From Selaginella moellendorffii (Eukaryota > Plantae > Lycopodiophyta), in assembly GCF_000143415.4 (NCBI RefSeq), contig NW_003314286.1, positions 187,437-199,717 of the forward strand: a DNA stretch of 12,281 bases, in the 5' to 3' direction. How positions within the stretch are numbered: position 1 is the stretch's first letter; each line of letters begins with the position of its first letter. The notes beneath the pieces were generated by a model. It did not search any database and was not told the DNA's origin. It saw only the letters and a list, made by a program, of their open reading frames with translations. A program made the position numbers and the translations under genes. Positions 8,217-12,281 of the stretch are shown here, in pieces.

Positions 8217-9096
8217 TGTAAGCGACTAATTTTTCCATTCTACTTTAGTCACTTAACTACACCTCCAACCACTTGGAGGAGTCTCATTCACAACCTCCAT
8301 AAGTCTTATTTTGGACTTGGGCTTGCTAGCCCCGAGAATGGCATCCCTGCCACTCGACCTTTGCACTTGGTCCAAGTGCTCCACGTGTCCGATCCCATGA
8401 CCGACACCCCAAGGTATCACCGACATATCGGCCTGCTACGCCAAGGCCATGTCTATTCACCATGGTCACATTGGTGGTCTGACACCACCTACATCACAGT
8501 CCCGTCTCTCAAAGACTGGGCCATCCGTCCATGAGTGATCATCCCAGATCCACTCCTTAGCATCCTTAGGATGCCCATAGACATGGGGAATAGCCTTCCC
8601 CAATATCCCCTTTTCGGTCACCACCAAGTCCCTTTCTGCTCATGGCCGTGTTCGCCAACACTACCACTGGATCAAGGCCCACAGGCCCGACCACTAAGTC
8701 CCATTGTCCTCTGGAACTTCCTCACCACATGACTGTATCCTTGGTCACTACACCAGAGGACTATTCCTCTTCCTTTCCACAGTCTAGGCCTTTGGGACAA
8801 CATTTCGGAACACCGTGGCCTTACACAAGCCTCGTGGGTACTCTCCCCACCTTTCACCTTTGGGTGCTCTAGCCATGGGCTTAGAGTGAGGTTCTGTTGA
8901 GCCACGCCTGGTATCCAAGTAAGTAGTGCCACCCACACTTGGACTGGGAGCATCGGCCAGTTGATCTTCCGAGGGAACTAGAGCCGGCTCTTGAACACTT
9001 CACCAAGCTACCCCGCTTGTCGGTTTGTATTCACTCTAGTCTTGAACTTCCCAGTGGTTGGTTCATCACCCAACACTGGGTATGGCCTTCCTAAGC

Positions 9097-9163
9097 CCAA
9101 CTGGCCTTTCCTGGGCCAAACTGGCTTTTTCTGGCCAAACTGGCTTTTCCTGGCCAAACTGGG
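9097..9163 (+). repeat. 19-bp tandem repeat CCAAACTGGCTTTTYCTGG x~3.5
   Basis: Units start at 9097, 9116, 9135 and 9154. Confidence 0.9.
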
Positions 9164-9219
9164 TCCACTGGGCTCCAACCCCCACACTCTCCCTACTATA
9201 CTTTTGGAACCCCCCGTAG

Positions 9220-9237
9220 CCCCCCCCCCCCCCCCCC
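9220..9237 (+). repeat. C18 homopolymer
   Basis: Read directly; adjacent to the assembly gap. Confidence 0.9.
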
Positions 9238-9266
9238 TATTCTCCTGGGTGACTATACCTTTGGGC

Positions 9267-9841
9267 NNNNNNNNNNNNNNNNNNNNNNNNNNNNNNNNNN
9301 NNNNNNNNNNNNNNNNNNNNNNNNNNNNNNNNNNNNNNNNNNNNNNNNNNNNNNNNNNNNNNNNNNNNNNNNNNNNNNNNNNNNNNNNNNNNNNNNNNNN
9401 NNNNNNNNNNNNNNNNNNNNNNNNNNNNNNNNNNNNNNNNNNNNNNNNNNNNNNNNNNNNNNNNNNNNNNNNNNNNNNNNNNNNNNNNNNNNNNNNNNNN
9501 NNNNNNNNNNNNNNNNNNNNNNNNNNNNNNNNNNNNNNNNNNNNNNNNNNNNNNNNNNNNNNNNNNNNNNNNNNNNNNNNNNNNNNNNNNNNNNNNNNNN
9601 NNNNNNNNNNNNNNNNNNNNNNNNNNNNNNNNNNNNNNNNNNNNNNNNNNNNNNNNNNNNNNNNNNNNNNNNNNNNNNNNNNNNNNNNNNNNNNNNNNNN
9701 NNNNNNNNNNNNNNNNNNNNNNNNNNNNNNNNNNNNNNNNNNNNNNNNNNNNNNNNNNNNNNNNNNNNNNNNNNNNNNNNNNNNNNNNNNNNNNNNNNNN
9801 NNNNNNNNNNNNNNNNNNNNNNNNNNNNNNNNNNNNNNNNN
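9267..9841. other. Assembly gap (575 N)
   Basis: Run of N. Confidence 1.
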
Positions 9842-9992
9842 ACTCCATCTCGGGTCCATCTCGGACTCCATCTCGGACTCCATCTCGGGTCCACCTCGGA
9901 CTCCAACTCGGGTCCACCTCGGACTCCATCTTGGACTCCATCTCGGGTCCATCTCGAACTCCATCTCGGACTCCATCTCGGGTCCATCTCGG
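9842..9992 (+). repeat. Minisatellite of 12-nt (ACTCCATCTCGG) and 11-nt (GTCCATCTCGG) units, 13 visible copies
   Basis: Unit order ABAABABAABAAB. Probably extends into the gap. Confidence 0.95.
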
Positions 9993-11400
9993 ACACTTCC
10001 ACGTGTCATGTGTTGGTCCTTTTGGGTCCCTTTTTGGAACCTCACTTATTGCTCGCTTCGTGCTCGTTCCTCGAACACTTTGTTGGGAGTTCCACTCCCA
10101 CTCTCGACCTTTCAAGTCGGAGCTTTTAGTACAAACGTGTTACGCTCGTTTGGCTTTTGCTTTGGCCACTACCACGTGGCACCCTTTTGGCTCCACTTTA
10201 GGGCCTAGGGATTTTGTGTCTCACAACTCCACCACCCATAGACGAAGTTCGATATCCTCATCGAATAGTAAAGCCTTTTATAAAGTAACACCCACATGTA
10301 TTACCATTTCCATCCTTGGCACCCAGCCAAAATTTGTCTATGGTTTGACACCGAAGGCTCACCATGCCTTGTCCATCCTCTAAGGAACAGAGCCTCTCCA
10401 ACTTAGAGGCTCATTCGACCACTTATGGTGGTTCTCTCCTTTTATTAGTTTAGTTCTCACTAAACCTGTTAAAGACACCTTCTCTAACTCAATCCCACTA
10501 CTCATTCTCGAGTGGTCTCACCTTCCATTGATATAACCCTTGCACTTTGGAACTTTTAATTCTGACTTTTTGTAGTCAATTTCCTGGGTGTCTCCGACAC
10601 CTTGCATTGCACATATTGTGCAACTCCACTTCCTATCCTAGGAAGTTCTCTACTTGAGGGCAACATTATCCTTTCTTCGATTTCGTGCCACCTTTGGCAC
10701 TAAGTTCCAGTTATCATAATTTGTGCTAGGGCTGTCCACAGCCCTATCATTTGGCTACCTTACCGCTCCCACCTTTGGAGCTTCCACTTTCGGCACATTG
10801 AAGCAATTGGGAATCCATATTTGGGAACATATTGCCTTTTCCACAATCCGTTAGTACCTAACACCTTAGTGTTCTTGGCCTAACTTTGCCATTTGGATTC
10901 TTTCCCATGATTCCCGTGGCTCTGTACTTAGCCACTAGTCTTTTGCTCCTATTCTTGATTGTTGCACCTAGCAACATAGGATAGCTACCTCCATTCTTGA
11001 GGTATCCTTTTGGTTCCATAGCAAACACTTTCCTTCGCCAAGTCTAGAGGGTATTCACCTTTAGTACGTCTCTTTAACATTTTCCGCTGTGGGCTCTATC
11101 CACGGCCTAACTTTAAGACCCTCTCATGGATCTCTTACAGAGACTACTTTCCTTGGACTTACTATGCTATTGCATTGGCATAATTTATTTCCCTTAGGTG
11201 TTCTTCCCACTTGGTCACCTTGACTAAGCCACACCATTATCAATTGTTCAAATTAACACTTTGAACTAGGAACCTTATTCCTTACCCAAATAAGGACCTT
11301 ATCCCTATTTAGCCACAAGATCACCGAGTGATCTCATCTTGGCACCTTAACAGGTTTGCCAATAGGCACTAGGTCTTCCCGACCTTTAAGTTATTCACCA

Positions 11401-11670
11401 TGACCTCGGGGGCATCCCCCACACTTGGCGGTGCACCCAAACCAGCCCTTACGGCCAAGGGTCCATAGCAACTGAGATTAGGTGTCCCCATCTCATTCAC
11501 CACGTCCTTGATGCCACTCGCACCAAAGTGTTCAAGTTAGATATGCCGAGCCACATTAAATAATCTAACTGTGCATCACGACTCCAAGGCATCCCTCGCT
11601 TGGCGGTGTGCCCAAACCAGTCCTCTCACTGAGAGTCCATGACCACTGAAAAATGAGTGTCCTCATTTTC
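11401..11670 (+). repeat. Diverged ~90-bp direct repeat pair (period ~177 bp)
   Basis: GGCATCCC..CTTGGCGGTG..CCCAAACCAG.CCT...GTCCAT...ACTGA...GTGTCC.CAT at 11411 and 11588. Confidence 0.8.
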
Positions 11671-12281
11671 CAAACCATCACCACACCCTAGTGATTTGGG
11701 ACTCGAACCCAACCTCCGCATATGCATCTACGGATGGCATCCCTCCAGACGCCTGGCATGACTCCCCACACCGGTGCACCAACATGTATTTAAAGCGCAC
11801 TACAGATCACAAGTTAGGAACTTAATTCCTCCACACTGCCAAGTCCTCTCACTTGACATATCTGTGATCATGCATGGACTCCTCCATGCTCGGCCCCCTG
11901 GGCCACCCCTTTGAAGTTGGCTCTTTCAACTAGGGTATTCATTCCCCCTGACTTGCCAATGTCACTTAACAAGTCATTCGGCCACCGTAACATGGTTCAT
12001 GCATAAGCGTGAAAGTTCTTAACCATTGACTTTCGTTCATAGCCCTCTCTTTGAACACTTGGGATCTACTCCCCTAACCTTGATAGCCTCGCCTCTCGGC
12101 AAGTTTCAAGACCACGCTTCTGTTGCGCCACTCTGATTTCGCGCGCTCTATAAACCATTTACACTTGGACGTCTAGGTACTTATCTACCTAGGGGAACGT
12201 TCAAGGAACTTTATTCCTTATCTTGCTAAGGCCTCTCCTTTCACAAGCTTTCCAATATCCATATAGTCTAACATGGACAAT

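Larger units (their letters stand above)
8217..12281. mobile_element. Probable second (nested) repetitive element, LTR-like, C/T-rich on +, hairpin-dense, interrupted by the gap
   Basis: Begins with TGTAAGCGAC (TG..-type LTR start) at a composition switch. Contains minisatellites and internal direct repeats, with no credible ORF. Confidence 0.4.

Noticed and set aside
7702-8953. Short ORFs at 7702, 8205, 8535, 8642 and 8672
   Set aside because: No domain-like features; they lie in repeat-like DNA with biased composition.
8991-10383. Long ORFs spanning or adjoining the gap
   Set aside because: Artefacts of the N run and the stop-free minisatellite.
11690-11770. Complete tRNA gene on the minus strand
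   Set aside because: Only the T-arm and one hairpin with an 8-nt loop are present; there is no acceptor stem.

Overview
Eukaryotic genomic scaffold with an N gap. The very short 47-57 nt GT-AG introns suggest a compact plant genome such as a lycophyte (inference). Bases ~193-5541 (+) form one spliced gene of about 1630 codons. Nine introns that I traced by hand join the separate ORFs of the track in one frame. The predicted protein has, in order: an unknown N-terminal domain, a ParB/Srx-like domain (FYAVSGQHS), a degenerate beta-class N4/N6 DNA-methyltransferase-like fold, basic linkers, a small helical module, an acidic tract, Pro-rich repeats and a C-terminal FCP1/NIF-type HAD phosphatase-like domain. 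About ten copies of a 22-bp palindrome (consensus ATGGCGTG-N6-CACGCCAT) lie in and around this gene: in introns, inside an exon and downstream. No clear copy was seen beyond ~5.9 kb. This arrangement recalls ParB/parS. The rest of the window looks like decayed, nested transposon DNA with minisatellites and a dense run of short hairpins.
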